Shown here in pieces: positions 38,101-50,634 of a stretch of DNA of 64,000 nt. Source of the stretch: Macrostomum lignano. Its lineage: Eukaryota. The stretch spans positions 1 through 64,000 of the forward strand of contig NIVC01002769.1 of the NCBI GenBank assembly GCA_002269645.1, written 5' to 3'. The stretch's first letter is position 1; every line of letters starts with the position of its first letter. Under the pieces are notes generated by a model. That model was not told where the DNA came from. It worked only from the letters and a program-made list of their open reading frames with translations, and did not search any database. A program made the position numbers and the translations under genes.

Positions 38101-41100
38101 TCCTTATGGCCCGCTTGCAGTCACTTTTATGACGTTTTATGACGTCACTTTTATGATATTTAGTGATGTCCTGATATGACCCTTTTAATGAGGCCATGAT
38201 GATATGACCCATTTAATGAGGCCATGATGATATGACCCATTTAATGAGGCCATGATGATATGACCGATTTAATGAGGCCATGATGATATGACCTATTTAA
38301 TGAGGCCATGATGATATGACCTATTTAATGAGGCCATGATGATATGACCTATTTAATGAGGCCATGATGATATGACCTATTTAATGAGGCCATGATGATA
38401 TGACCCATTTAATGAGGCCATGATGATATGACCTATTTAATGATGCCATGATGATAAGACCCATTTAATGAGGCCATGATGATATGACCTATTTAATGAT
38501 GCCATGATGATAAGACCCATTTAATGAGGCCATGATGATATGACCCATTTAATGAGGCCATGATGATATGACCTATTTAATGATGCATGATGATAAGACC
38601 CATTTAATGAGGCCATGATGATATGACCTATTTAATGAGGCCATGATGATATGACCCATTTAATGAGGCGATGATGATATGACCTATTTAATGAGGCCAT
38701 GATGATATGATCTATTTAATGATGCCATGATGATATGACCCATTTAATGAGGCCATGATGGTATGACCTATTTAATGAGGCCATGATGATATGACCTATT
38801 TAATGAGGCCATGATGATATGACCTATTTAATGAGGCCATGATGATATGACCCATTTAATGAGGCCATGATGATATGACCTATTTAATGAGGCCATGATG
38901 ATATGACCTATTTAATGAGGCCATGATGATATGATCTATTTAATGAGGCCATGATGATATGACCCATTTAATGAGGCCATGATGATATGACCTATTTAAT
39001 GAGGCCATGATGATATGACCCATTTAATGAGGCCATGATGATATGACCTATTTAATGAGGCCATGATGATATGACCTATTTAATGAGGCCATGATGATAT
39101 GACCCATTTAATGAGGCCATGATGATATGACCTATTTAATGAGGCCATGATGATATGACCCATTTAATGAGGCCATGATGATATGACCTATTTAATGAGG
39201 CCATGATGATATGACCTATTTAATGAGGCCATGATGATATGACCTATTTAATGAGGCCATGATGATATGACCCATTTAATGAGGCCATGATGATATGACC
39301 TATTTAATGAGGCCATGATGATATGACCCATTTAATGAGGCCATGATGATATGACCTATTTAATGAGGCCATGATGATATGACCCATTTAATGAGGCCAT
39401 GATGATATGATGTATTTATTGAGGATAAGACCCATTTTTGAGGCCATGATATGACCCAGTTTTCCTCTAATTTATTCGAGCATTTTTATGACCTAATGCG
39501 ACTCGTTTTATAACGCGCTCCAATTTGACTCAGTTTGACTTATTGATAATGCGAAGCGAAAGCATCACTACATATCGTTAGTATTCGCAATTCGCATTGA
39601 ACACAAAACTGCACTGTGAATTCAATCAGGTTTTGCCCGTTCAAACTCTACAATGAAAAATCCAGCCGGACTTGAGACTCAAGTCTGGCGATTCCCGCCA
39701 TCAACAGTTGGCGCCAGCGGTAACAGCAGGTTTCGTAGAAATCGCAGCAATGGGCAGAAACTATCGGCAAAAGAGAATGGCGACTCGGATGAGTTCGATT
39801 ACGATGATGAGGATGATGATGATGAAGATTCTGAGGATTTTGTTGATGCTGGAGAGGATTCCGATGATAGCGGCAATAGCGGCGTTGTAAGCAGGCTGGA
39901 AGGTGGCAGGCGCTATCTTACGGCTCTGCTGGCTGGTAGTAGTGGTAAACGTCGCGGCAGGTACTTGAGGTTGCCGCAGTCATCGGCAGGTTGCGGCGCT
40001 GATAGCGGCGAAGGCATCTCGCGATCTCGCAGTTCACCGTCTGGTTGGCAACAGCAGCAGCAGCAGAAACAACAGCAACACAAACAAAAATATGGGCATA
40101 CTAGTCGTAGTCAGCAGTCTGGCTGTAACGAAAGCAAGTCAACTACTACTGCTGCTTCTACTAGTAATCGAGCAGGTAGTCAGTATGGTTTTGAAGAGAG
40201 ATCCTGTTTGTTTGTCCTGCCTGTAGTTAGCTTAGTGCACGCTGTTTGTAGTGCTTGTGCTATTATGCTATCCCTGCAAGAAGGCCCAACATGCAGAGCA
40301 CTGATGGGGTTAACAACTCTTAAGCCAAATCCCGGCCGCTTTCGGACAACACGCACAGACACGCACTGCAGGCTAGGCTCTGCAGCACTAGTTCTCCGAA
40401 AGCGATTGCGCTTAAATTATGATTATACGGGGTTGTAGCCTATAGTGGTCAGAGCGTCGGACTCACGACTGAAAGGTCGGGGGTTCGATTCTCGACCTAC
40501 TCGGAACAATTTGTGTCCTTGAGCAAGACACTTAACTCTGCATTGCTTCAGTTCACTCAGCTATAAAATGGGCGCCAGCATTAGCTGGGGTAATTGAGGG
40601 TGTGTTTTTGGACTGAACAGCCGTACGCAGCCTTCAGATGCGCCGCGCAATAGCTGCGGCTGAGCTGTCGGTTGCACATCTAGCCATTAGGGCAGGTGTA
40701 ATCAAAATTAACAATTGTGATAATAATTTTGTGTGTGTTTAGATTAAAAATAGAACCTGCAGTCAGCCTTCTACAGTTGTCTGAAAGTGGAAGGGTTTGG
40801 CAAAGATTCGGTTACCCTTTGGCTCTCGATCTGGGCCTTCTGACCTTCACTGTGTGTCTATTTTATATTCCTATATATATATATTCTACTTATTTACTTA
40901 ACTCTGTGTAGTGTTTTTTGCATTTTTGCCGAAGAAAGTTTACTTTAATGTATAGTTAATTGATTTTTAATCTTCTCGAGCCACTGAAACCTCTAATAGC
41001 AAACTGTTTATACTTTTCTAATCTCATTCCAATGAGGATATGAATTTAACCGTTATATTTATATACTGATTTATTGTATTTGGGTTTGGGGGATTTATAT

Positions 41101-43765
41101 GATTCAAAGGGAACTTGATACGAGGTATATCCGGGATTTAAGCCATGGATTAATGGGCATCAGCCAGGGGATGGCTTTCAGGTGGATGCTATTTGATTTA
41201 AACATCATCTTCGTTTAGAAACTAACAATTAATAGTGACTGGTGTCTATTTAAAATTAAATTAAAATAAGTCTTTAATGCTGTTTACATGCGTCCTAATT
41301 AGCAATTAACTGATCACTAGCCATATTATATGAAACTATACAAGCGTAAGTAAGATCTGAGAGGCATGTACACTTCACTGTGCCTTGTGGGTTGGCCCTC
41401 AAAGCCGCCTTAATTGCACGAGCAGAGCCAAGCCGAGATTCCAATTTAGCCCCAAATTAATGTGACTGCACTGGGAATCGAGCCTGGGCCGCTGGCACCG
41501 CTCTGGGCCACTCGGCTATACGGCCCCAGTTCTAATGTTTCAATGTTAATATAGACTATTCTCGCAGAAAACTTACATTAAAATCGTTTCAAGTACGTCG
41601 TGTACTTTATGGGTTACATTACATATGTATATTAATAAAGTGTAGTAATAATAATATAAAACTTTACTGAGCAAAGCCCATCTGTCATACTATGCCAAGA
41701 ATACTAGTCTAGCTCAGCAGCTCAATTTTCTTGTCTTAGATTGAGGAAAAGAGAACAAAATAGAGGGATTTTTCGTGGGGATTAGCTCCGTCCTGCCGCG
41801 TGGGCGGGTGTGAGGGGATTATTAATAATCTTCGGAGTCTAATCCCACCATTTATTGACAGACTCCTGCTCTAGCTAGCTAGCTAAGGAGAGAAAGGATA
41901 GAATGCCTCAGAACAACCGTTACTTATTCTCATTTTCTATTTTCTATTGCCTATTTATAATATTTCGAAATTGAATAAATTATACTCTGAGTATTTTATT
42001 AGCATGAGTACTGTTTGTTTTAGTGTGATGTATGACACCTTTATTTTATCATTTAGTAGCGTTGTGTCCTTTTGAGTTATTATATACTACTTTTAGTAGC
42101 TTGTGTCTGGTTTTTTACACTTTATTAATTTTTGTTTAGAAATTACGGTATCTACACCCACTGTATTAAAGTAGTTTAGCTACTTACTGTTAAGTAGTAT
42201 ATAATATATTTAATTTGTCATTTAAGTGTTTATAGCCTAGCCTTGCCCGTCTTAGGGCCATAGACATAACAAATCAGCTCGTCCATCAACAAGTACTTCC
42301 TCGACCCTGTTGTGTTCATTCTGCTTTTCCATGTTATACAGTAGTTTAGGCTGTCTATGGCCCTACCCTATGGTTGAAGAATATGACAAGAGGAAGGAAT
42401 TGTCAGAGTGTCACTTATATTTCTTCATAAAAGTGGAATAAATAGGCATGACTGTCTATATCCTCACTGACTCACCAACTAAACAACTAACTACCTTACA
42501 AATAATACAAAACGAATATTTCAATAATCCGGCAAATCTGTTAAAATTGAAATTCATCAAACAGAATACGACAGCGATGGCGACACGGAAGGCCTGATGC
42601 AGAAGCAGTACGAATCGGACAGGCGGGTTGAAATACCCGAACTGCAGGCTGACAAGCGCAGCTTTGAAGATCAGCGCAAAGACAGAGGCAGAGAAGGTGA
42701 GTAGTCGTGTTTTGATACTTGAAGCTAGAAAGAATTTATTTGATAATAAATAAAACATAAATATTAACATTTAATATGCATGCAACATTTTTTTCTGTTA
42801 TTTAATTTATAGTGGCAGCATAAACTAACATATTGTTTCATTTATTTCTTTGTATTTTACCCCGACCCTCTCTTAAAACCCACACAACGTTTGCTTTTAT
42901 CTCAACATTCGCCAATCAAGAAAGTAAGTTTTTTATATAAAGTTTTTTATATTCGCTGTTTATGATTTTCTCTCTGCATTAAGCTGGCAATCAATATTAT
43001 AGAAATAGTCTAATGATACTACTTACTTCAAAAAATCAGTAGCTTTAAAGGCTAGACAAACAAAATATGGTGGTTATAGTGTCACAAAAATAAGCTTAAA
43101 AGTTGTGCATCCGTGTTATTAATGATCTTTGTAAACACCTTGTTGCCTTTCTACCATTAACTAGGAATATGGTCTTTGTGCATTATGCGGAACTTGATTA
43201 TGCTTGTGATGCGGTACCTCTATGCACCCCCTGTTTCTGGTGCCACACTGCCTTCACCGCTGCCGTATAATTGTGTCACAGTCAGTACTTGTGTGCAATA
43301 TCCTGCATCCTTTAACTCTTTGTTTTTGTATGTTGCCTTATTACGTAATATAGACGGCTGAGATAGACTGTTCGTCTTTGCAATAAAACACAATAGAAAG
43401 GCTTATTAATATATGCTTATAGTATTCGTACTTTACACTTTACTCTTCTCATCCTCCCACAGTGGCCGTGCGTCACCCGGACCAGCCTACGGTGCTTATT
43501 GAGGGCCTGCTGTTTCGGGCCCTGTACCTGGGCTCCACTCAGCTGCTCTCGGAGGGACAGCCCAGCAAGTCTACTAGGATGGCCCAGGCTCAGGAGGCTG
43601 TGGGCCGGATTAAGGTGAGTCTGTCTGTGTGCCTGACTGACTGACTGTGTGTCTGTGTGTCTGTCTGTGTGACTGACTGTGTGTCTGTCTTAGTGTCTGT
43701 CTGTCTGTGTGTCTGTCTGTGTGACTGACTGTGTGTCTGTCTTAGTGTCTGTCTGTCTGTCTGTG

Positions 43766-43808
<43 letters not shown>

Positions 43809-43809
43809 G

Positions 43810-43857
<48 letters not shown>

Positions 43858-43865
43858 AGTCTGAC

Positions 43866-43898
<33 letters not shown>

Positions 43899-45760
43899 GC
43901 ATCTCCCTTACTGCTGCAATGCTGTGAGGCTCACGGAGCTCCTCCGCGCGCACCGTCCCGCAGGCACCAGACGGGGAGCATCAGCCCTGCGTCCCAGTCG
44001 ACCTGTTCATCTCAACCGAGAAGATCATGGTGCTGAACACCAACCTGCAGGAGATCATGATGGACCATGCGCTCAAGACCATCTCCTACATCGCCGACAT
44101 CGGCAACGTGCTGGTGTTCATGGCCAGGCGGCGCTTCGTGCAGCAGAGCGAACGGCGACAGACAAAAATTGTCTGCCACGTGTTTGAGACTGACGAGGTG
44201 AATGACCCTTTATGTGTGTTTAGCCTGATTGGTTTTATGGTGCGTTTTGATTCTGGTCCCACATCCTCAGTTACTGAACCACCAGCCTCCCAGATCCTCC
44301 CTTGCAGCGCCACCAGACTTCCAGATCCTCAGTTGCTGGGCCAGCCTCTCCTCAGTTGCTGGGCCAGCCTCTCATCAGTTGCTGGGCCGGCCTCTCCTCA
44401 GTTGCTGGGCCAGCCTCCCAGATCCTCAGTTGCTGGGCCAGGCTCCCAGATCCTCAGTTGCTGGGCCAGTCTCCTAAATACTCAGTTGCTGGGCCAGCCT
44501 CCTAGATCCTCAGTTGCTGGGCCAGCCTCCCAGATCCTCAGTTGCTGGGCCAGCCTCCCAGATCCTCAGTTGCTGGGCCAGCCTCACAGAGTGTCAGTTG
44601 CTGAGCCAGTCTCTCTTCAGTTTCTGAGCCAGCCTCCCAGATCCTCAGTTGCTGGGCCAGCCTCCCAGACCCTCATTTTCTAGGCCAGCCTCCCAGATCC
44701 TCAGTTGCTGGGCCAGGCTCTCAGATCCTCAGTTGCTGGGCCAGTCTCCCAGATCCTCAGTTGCTGGGCCAGCCTCCCGGATCCTCCGTTGCTGGGCCAG
44801 CCTCCCGGATCCTCCGTTGCTAAGCCAGTCTCCCAGACCCTCAGTTTCTGGGCCAGCCTACCAGATCCTCAGTTGCCCTTTACAATAGGAACATTTTCAA
44901 AATTTCCGAAAAATATTCAGCATTTGCCAATAAAAATAAGCACAAAACCCCTCTTTGCCCCTATCAGTAGTGCAGTCAGCGCATATTGCCAACCAAATTT
45001 CCTGGCCCAAATTTAAAACAACTCGCAGGCCCAGCTGGTTGCCCAATCGATTGGCCAGGCCTTCCAAGTGGCCTACATGGAATTCCTACGCGCCAACGGC
45101 ATCGAAGACCCCGGCTACCAGCTCAGAGACATGGACTACCAAGATGTGCTCAACCAGCAGGACATCATTGGCGAGGAACTGGCTCTATTCAGCCGATCTG
45201 AAACCCAGAAAGAAGTTGTAGTGCCCAAAACCAAAGGCGAACCGCTGGGCGTAGTGATAGTGGAGAGCGGTTGGGGCTCCATGCTGCCCACTGTGGTCCT
45301 GGCCAACATGCAGCCCTCCGGTCCTGCCGCTCGCTGCGGCCAGCTGAACATTGGCGACCAGATGCTTGCCATCAACGGAGTCAGTCTGGTTGGCCTGCCC
45401 CTGGCTACGTGCCAGCAGCATGTTCGAGCTTGCAAATCCAACACGGCTGTGAAAGTTCGCCTGGTGTCCTGCCCGCCAGTTGTTGAAGTCCTCATCCGAC
45501 GGCCGGATGTGAAATTCCAGTTGGGATTCAGCGTTCAGAATGGCGTGATTTGTTCCCTGCTGAGAGGCGGCATTGCCGAGCGGGGCGGGGTTCGAGTCGG
45601 GCATCGGATTATCGAGATTAACGGCCAGTCTGTGGTGGCCACTCCGCACGACCGCATTGTTGCTATGCTGGCCTCCGGGGTTGGCGAGATTCACATGAAA
45701 ACCATGCCGACATCGATCTTCAGATTGCTGACTGGGCAGGAGGCTCCTCACTATATCTGA
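35115..45760 (+). CDS. APBA1: X11/Mint/LIN-10 (APBA family) adaptor with PTB + 2 PDZ, 753 aa; exons 35115-35824, 36486-36787, 42565-42696, 43463-43614, 43964-44197, 45029-45760
   Basis: PTB: [20 protein letters not shown]...[28 protein letters not shown]...[41 protein letters not shown]1: [25 protein letters not shown]2: [35 protein letters not shown]. Ends in HYI. Phases 2,1,1,0,0 are consistent. The vertebrate paralog cannot be assigned. Confidence 0.93.
35885..36440. repeat. Intronic minisatellite, 26-bp unit GATTAGCTGAGTCGTAAAAGATTAAG
   Basis: About 21 copies in Mint intron 1. Confidence 0.93.
36905..37455. repeat. Purine-rich ~15-bp minisatellite GGGGAGAGGTAGGCA
   Basis: Strand-asymmetric G/A tract in Mint intron 2, with G-quadruplex/triplex potential. 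Confidence 0.9.
38170..39455. repeat. Intronic minisatellite, 28-bp unit ATGATGATATGACCTATTTAATGAGGCC
   Basis: About 45 copies. Confidence 0.96.
39630..40175 (+). CDS. Probable alternative Mint exon (cassette 39630-40175, or alternative first exon from ATG 39653)
   Basis: Open, codon-like acidic/Gln-rich frame. Phase-1 acceptor AATCAG| at 39629, phase-1 donor CAG|GTAGTC at 40176, and ACAATG start context at 39653 like other genes in the window. Confidence 0.55.
40429..40712 (+). mobile_element. Full-length tRNA-derived CORE-type SINE (copy 2 of 3)
   Basis: A box TAGCCTATAGTGG, B box GGTTCGATTCT, CORE-like central domain, and 3' tail ATTAGGGCAGGTGTAAT plus an A/T-rich end. Confidence 0.85.
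41360..41527 (-). mobile_element. Possible second tRNA-derived SINE family (single copy)
   Basis: Minus strand begins GGGGCCGTATAGCCGAGTGG (A-box-like) followed by GGCTCGATTCCC (B-box-like). Not a complete cloverleaf. Confidence 0.4.
42253..42365. mobile_element. Possible mini-MITE: TA|GGGCCATAGACA ... TGTCTATGGCCC|TA
   Basis: Perfect 14-bp inverted termini including TA, 113 bp in total. Confidence 0.4.
43620..43900. repeat. (TCTG)n/(TG)n microsatellite filling a Mint intron
   Basis: Read directly between the donor at 43615 and the acceptor at 43963. Confidence 0.95.
44270..44875. repeat. Intronic minisatellite, 28-bp unit CAGATCCTCAGTTGCTGGGCCAGCCTCC (reverse complement of the 6140-6960 unit)
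   Basis: About 20 more degenerate copies in the last Mint intron. Confidence 0.93.
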
Positions 45761-45879
45761 TCGATTGCTTAAGATGTGTGATATTTTGTTATGTTGAATT
45801 GCTTTTTATGTTTGCTAAGCATTACTGAATTATGATAGTTTTGTGCGAGCTTAAGTGGTAATAATATATTTCATGCATT

Positions 45880-47599
45880 GTAGATAGAATCTACCCATAA
45901 ACTACCCATTCTGTAGTGGAGTCTATCCATAAAACTACCCATTCTGTAGTGGGAGTCCACCCATAAACTACCCATTCTGTAGTGGAGTCTATCCATAAAC
46001 TACCCATTCTGTAGTGGGAGTCCACCCATAAACTACCCATTCTGTAGTGGAGTCTATCCATAAAACTACCCATTCTGTAGTGGAGTACCCATAAACTACC
46101 CATTCTGTAGTGGAGTCTACCCATAAACTACCCATTCTGTAGTGGAGTCTACCCATAAACTCCCATTCTGTAGTGGAGTCTACCCATAAACTACCCATTC
46201 TGTAGTGGAGTCTATCCATAAAACTACCCATTCTGTAGTGGAATCTACCCATAAACTACCCATTCTGTAGTGGAGTCTACCCATAAACTACCCATTCTGT
46301 AGTGGAGTCTATCCATAAAACTACCCATTCTGTAGTGGAGTCTACCCATAAACTACCCATTCTGTAGTGGAGTCTACCCATAAACTACCCATTCTGTAGT
46401 GGAGTATCCATAAACTACCCATTCTGTAGTGGAGTATCCATAAACTACCCATTCTGTAGTGAAGTCTACCCATAAACTACCCATTCTGTAGTGGAGTCTA
46501 CCCATAAACTACCCATTCTGTAGTGGAGTCTATCCATAAAACTACCCATTCTGTAGTGGAGTCTACCCATAAACTACCCATTCTGTAGTGGAGTCTACCC
46601 ATAAACTACCCATTCTGTAGTGGAGTATCCATAAACTACCCATTCTGTAGTGAAGTCTACCCATAAACTACCCATTCTGTAGTGGAGTCTACCCATAAAC
46701 TACCCATTCTGTAGTGGAGTCTATCCATAAAACTACCCATTCTGTAGTGGAGTCTACCCATAAACTACCCATTCTGTAGTGGAGTCTACCCATAAACTAC
46801 CCATTCTGTAGTGGAGTCTATCCATAAAACTACCCATTCTGTAGTGGAGTCTACCCATAAACTACCCATTCTGTAGTGGAGTCTACCCATAAACTACCCA
46901 TTCTGTAGTGGAGTATCCATAAACTACCCATTCTGTAGTGAAGTCTACCCATAAACTACCCATTCTGTAGTGAAGTCTACCCATAAACTACCCATTCTGT
47001 AGTGGAGTCTACCCATAAACTACCCATTCTGTAGTGGAGTCTATCCATAAAACTACCCATTCTGTAGTGGAGTCTACCCATAAACTACCCATTCTGTAGT
47101 GGAGTCTACCCATAAACTACCCATTCTGTAGTGGAGTATCCATAAACTACCCATTCTGTAGTGGAGTATCCATAAACTACCCATTCTGTAGTGGAGTATC
47201 CATAAACTACCCATTCTGTAGTGGAGTCTACCCATAAACTCCCATTCTGTAGTGGAGTATCCATAAAATACCCATTCTGTAGTGGAGTCTACCCATAAAC
47301 TCCCATTCTGTAGTGGAGTATCCATAAAATACCCATTCTGTAGTGAAGTCTACCCATAAACTACCCATTCTGTAGTGGAGTCTACCCATAAACTACCCAT
47401 TCTGTAGATAGAATCTACCCATAAACTACCCATTCTGTAGTAGAGTCTACCCATAAACTACCCATTCTGTAGTGGAGTCTACCCATAAACTACCGAATCT
47501 TTAGATAGAATCTACCCAATGAACAACCGATTCTGTAGTAGAATCTACCCACTAAACTACCGAATCTGTAGTAGAATCTACCCAATAAACTACCGAATC
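45880..47599. repeat. 32-bp minisatellite CCATAAACTACCCATTCTGTAGTGGAGTCTAC (30-33-bp variants), also at ~48317-50036, ~50754-52473, ~53191-55060
   Basis: About 53 copies per block. It ends in a variant unit CTACCGAATCTGTAGTAGAATCTACCC, which continues further only after the last block. Confidence 0.97.
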
Positions 47600-47601
47600 A
47601 T

Positions 47602-48197
47602 TCATTGGCGAGGAACTGGCTCTATTCAGCCGATCTGAAACCCAGAAAGAAGTTGTAGTGCCCAAAACCAAAGGCGAACCGCTGGGCGTAGTGATAGTGG
47701 AGAGCGGTTGGGGCTCCATGCTGCCCACTGTGGTCCTGGCCAACATGCAGCCCTCCGGTCCTGCCGCTCGCTGCGGCCAGCTGAACATTGGCGACCAGAT
47801 GCTTGCCATCAACGGAGTCAGTCTGGTTGGCCTGCCCCTGGCTACGTGCCAGCAGCATGTTCGAGCTTGCAAATCCAACACGGCTGTGAAAGTTCGCCTG
47901 GTGTCCTGCCCGCCAGTTGTTGAAGTCCTCATCCGACGGCCGGATGTGAAATTCCAGTTGGGATTCAGCGTTCAGAATGGCGTGATTTGTTCCCTGCTGA
48001 GAGGCGGCATTGCCGAGCGGGGCGGGGTTCGAGTCGGGCATCGGATTATCGAGATTAACGGCCAGTCTGTGGTGGCCACTCCGCACGACCGCATTGTTGC
48101 TATGCTGGCCTCCGGGGTTGGCGAGATTCACATGAAAACCATGCCGACATCGATCTTCAGATTGCTGACTGGGCAGGAGGCTCCTCACTATATCTGA
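47602..48197 (+). pseudogene. Duplicated Mint 3' fragment (PDZ1-PDZ2-HYI), copy 2; no native acceptor or ATG start
   Basis: Same translated sequence as 45165-45760. The upstream frame is closed by TAA in the minisatellite. Confidence 0.8.
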
Positions 48198-50038
48198 TCG
48201 ATTGCTTAAGATGTGTGATATTTTGTTATGTTGAATTGCTTTTTATGTTTGCTAAGCATTACTGAATTATGATAGTTTTGTGCGAGCTTAAGTGGTAATA
48301 ATATATTTCATGCATTGTAGATAGAATCTACCCATAAACTACCCATTCTGTAGTGGAGTCTATCCATAAAACTACCCATTCTGTAGTGGGAGTCCACCCA
48401 TAAACTACCCATTCTGTAGTGGAGTCTATCCATAAACTACCCATTCTGTAGTGGGAGTCCACCCATAAACTACCCATTCTGTAGTGGAGTCTATCCATAA
48501 AACTACCCATTCTGTAGTGGAGTACCCATAAACTACCCATTCTGTAGTGGAGTCTACCCATAAACTACCCATTCTGTAGTGGGGTCTACCCATAAACTCC
48601 CATTCTGTAGTGGAGTCTACCCATAAACTACCCATTCTGTAGTGGAGTCTATCCATAAAACTACCCATTCTGTAGTGGAATCTACCCATAAACTACCCAT
48701 TCTGTAGTGGAGTCTACCCATAAACTACCCATTCTGTAGTGGAGTCTATCCATAAAACTACCCATTCTGTAGTGGAGTCTACCCATAAACTACCCATTCT
48801 GTAGTGGAGTCTACCCATAAACTACCCATTCTGTAGTGGAGTATCCATAAACTACCCATTCTGTAGTGGAGTATCCATAAACTACCCATTCTGTAGTGAA
48901 GTCTACCCATAAACTACCCATTCTGTAGTGGAGTCTACCCATAAACTACCCATTCTGTAGTGGAGTCTATCCATAAAACTACCCATTCTGTAGTGGAGTC
49001 TACCCATAAACTACCCATTCTGTAGTGGAGTCTACCCATAAACTACCCATTCTGTAGTGGAGTATCCATAAACTACCCATTCTGTAGTGAAGTCTACCCA
49101 TAAACTACCCATTCTGTAGTGGAGTCTACCCATAAACTACCCATTCTGTAGTGGAGTCTATCCATAAAACTACCCATTCTGTAGTGGAGTCTACCCATAA
49201 ACTACCCATTCTGTAGTGGAGTCTACCCATAAACTACCCATTCTGTAGTGGGGTCTATCCATAAAACTACCCATTCTGTAGTGGAGTCTACCCATAAACT
49301 ACCCATTCTGTAGTGGAGTCTACCCATAAACTACCCATTCTGTAGTGGAGTATCCATAAACTACCCATTCTGTAGTGAAGTCTACCCATAAACTACCCAT
49401 TCTGTAGTGAAGTCTACCCATAAACTACCCATTCTGTAGTGGAGTCTACCCATAAACTACCCATTCTGTAGTGGAGTCTATCCATAAAACTACCCATTCT
49501 GTAGTGGAGTCTACCCATAAACTACCCATTCTGTAGTGGAGTCTACCCATAAACTACCCATTCTGTAGTGGAGTATCCATAAACTACCCATTCTGTAGTG
49601 GAGTATCCATAAACTACCCATTCTGTAGTGGAGTATCCATAAACTACCCATTCTGTAGTGGAGTCTACCCATAAACTCCCATTCTGTAGTGGAGTATCCA
49701 TAAAATACCCATTCTGTAGTGGAGTCTACCCATAAACTCCCATTCTGTAGTGGAGTATCCATAAAATACCCATTCTGTAGTGAAGTCTACCCATAAACTA
49801 CCCATTCTGTAGTGGAGTCTACCCATAAACTACCCATTCTGTAGATAGAATCTACCCATAAACTACCCATTCTGTAGTAGAGTCTACCCATAAACTACCC
49901 ATTCTGTAGTGGAGTCTACCCATAAACTACCGAATCTTTAGATAGAATCTACCCAATGAACAACCGATTCTGTAGTAGAATCTACCCACTAAACTACCGA
50001 ATCTGTAGTAGAATCTACCCAATAAACTACCGAATCAT

Positions 50039-50634
50039 TCATTGGCGAGGAACTGGCTCTATTCAGCCGATCTGAAACCCAGAAAGAAGTTGTAGTGCCC
50101 AAAACCAAAGGCGAACCGCTGGGCGTAGTGATAGTGGAGAGCGGTTGGGGCTCCATGCTGCCCACTGTGGTCCTGGCCAACATGCAGCCCTCCGGTCCTG
50201 CCGCTCGCTGCGGCCAGCTGAACATTGGCGACCAGATGCTTGCCATCAACGGAGTCAGTCTGGTTGGCCTGCCCCTGGCTACGTGCCAGCAGCATGTTCG
50301 AGCTTGCAAATCCAACACGGCTGTGAAAGTTCGCCTGGTGTCCTGCCCGCCAGTTGTTGAAGTCCTCATCCGACGGCCGGATGTGAAATTCCAGTTGGGA
50401 TTCAGCGTTCAGAATGGCGTGATTTGTTCCCTGCTGAGAGGCGGCATTGCCGAGCGGGGCGGGGTTCGAGTCGGGCATCGGATTATCGAGATTAACGGCC
50501 AGTCTGTGGTGGCCACTCCGCACGACCGCATTGTTGCTATGCTGGCCTCCGGGGTTGGCGAGATTCACATGAAAACCATGCCGACATCGATCTTCAGATT
50601 GCTGACTGGGCAGGAGGCTCCTCACTATATCTGA
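50039..50634 (+). pseudogene. Duplicated Mint 3' fragment, copy 3
   Basis: As for copy 2; identical 179-aa ORF. Confidence 0.8.

Noticed and set aside
40429-40500. tRNA gene (Val-CAC-like loop)
   Set aside because: The head continues into a SINE body present three times, and the acceptor stem does not close.
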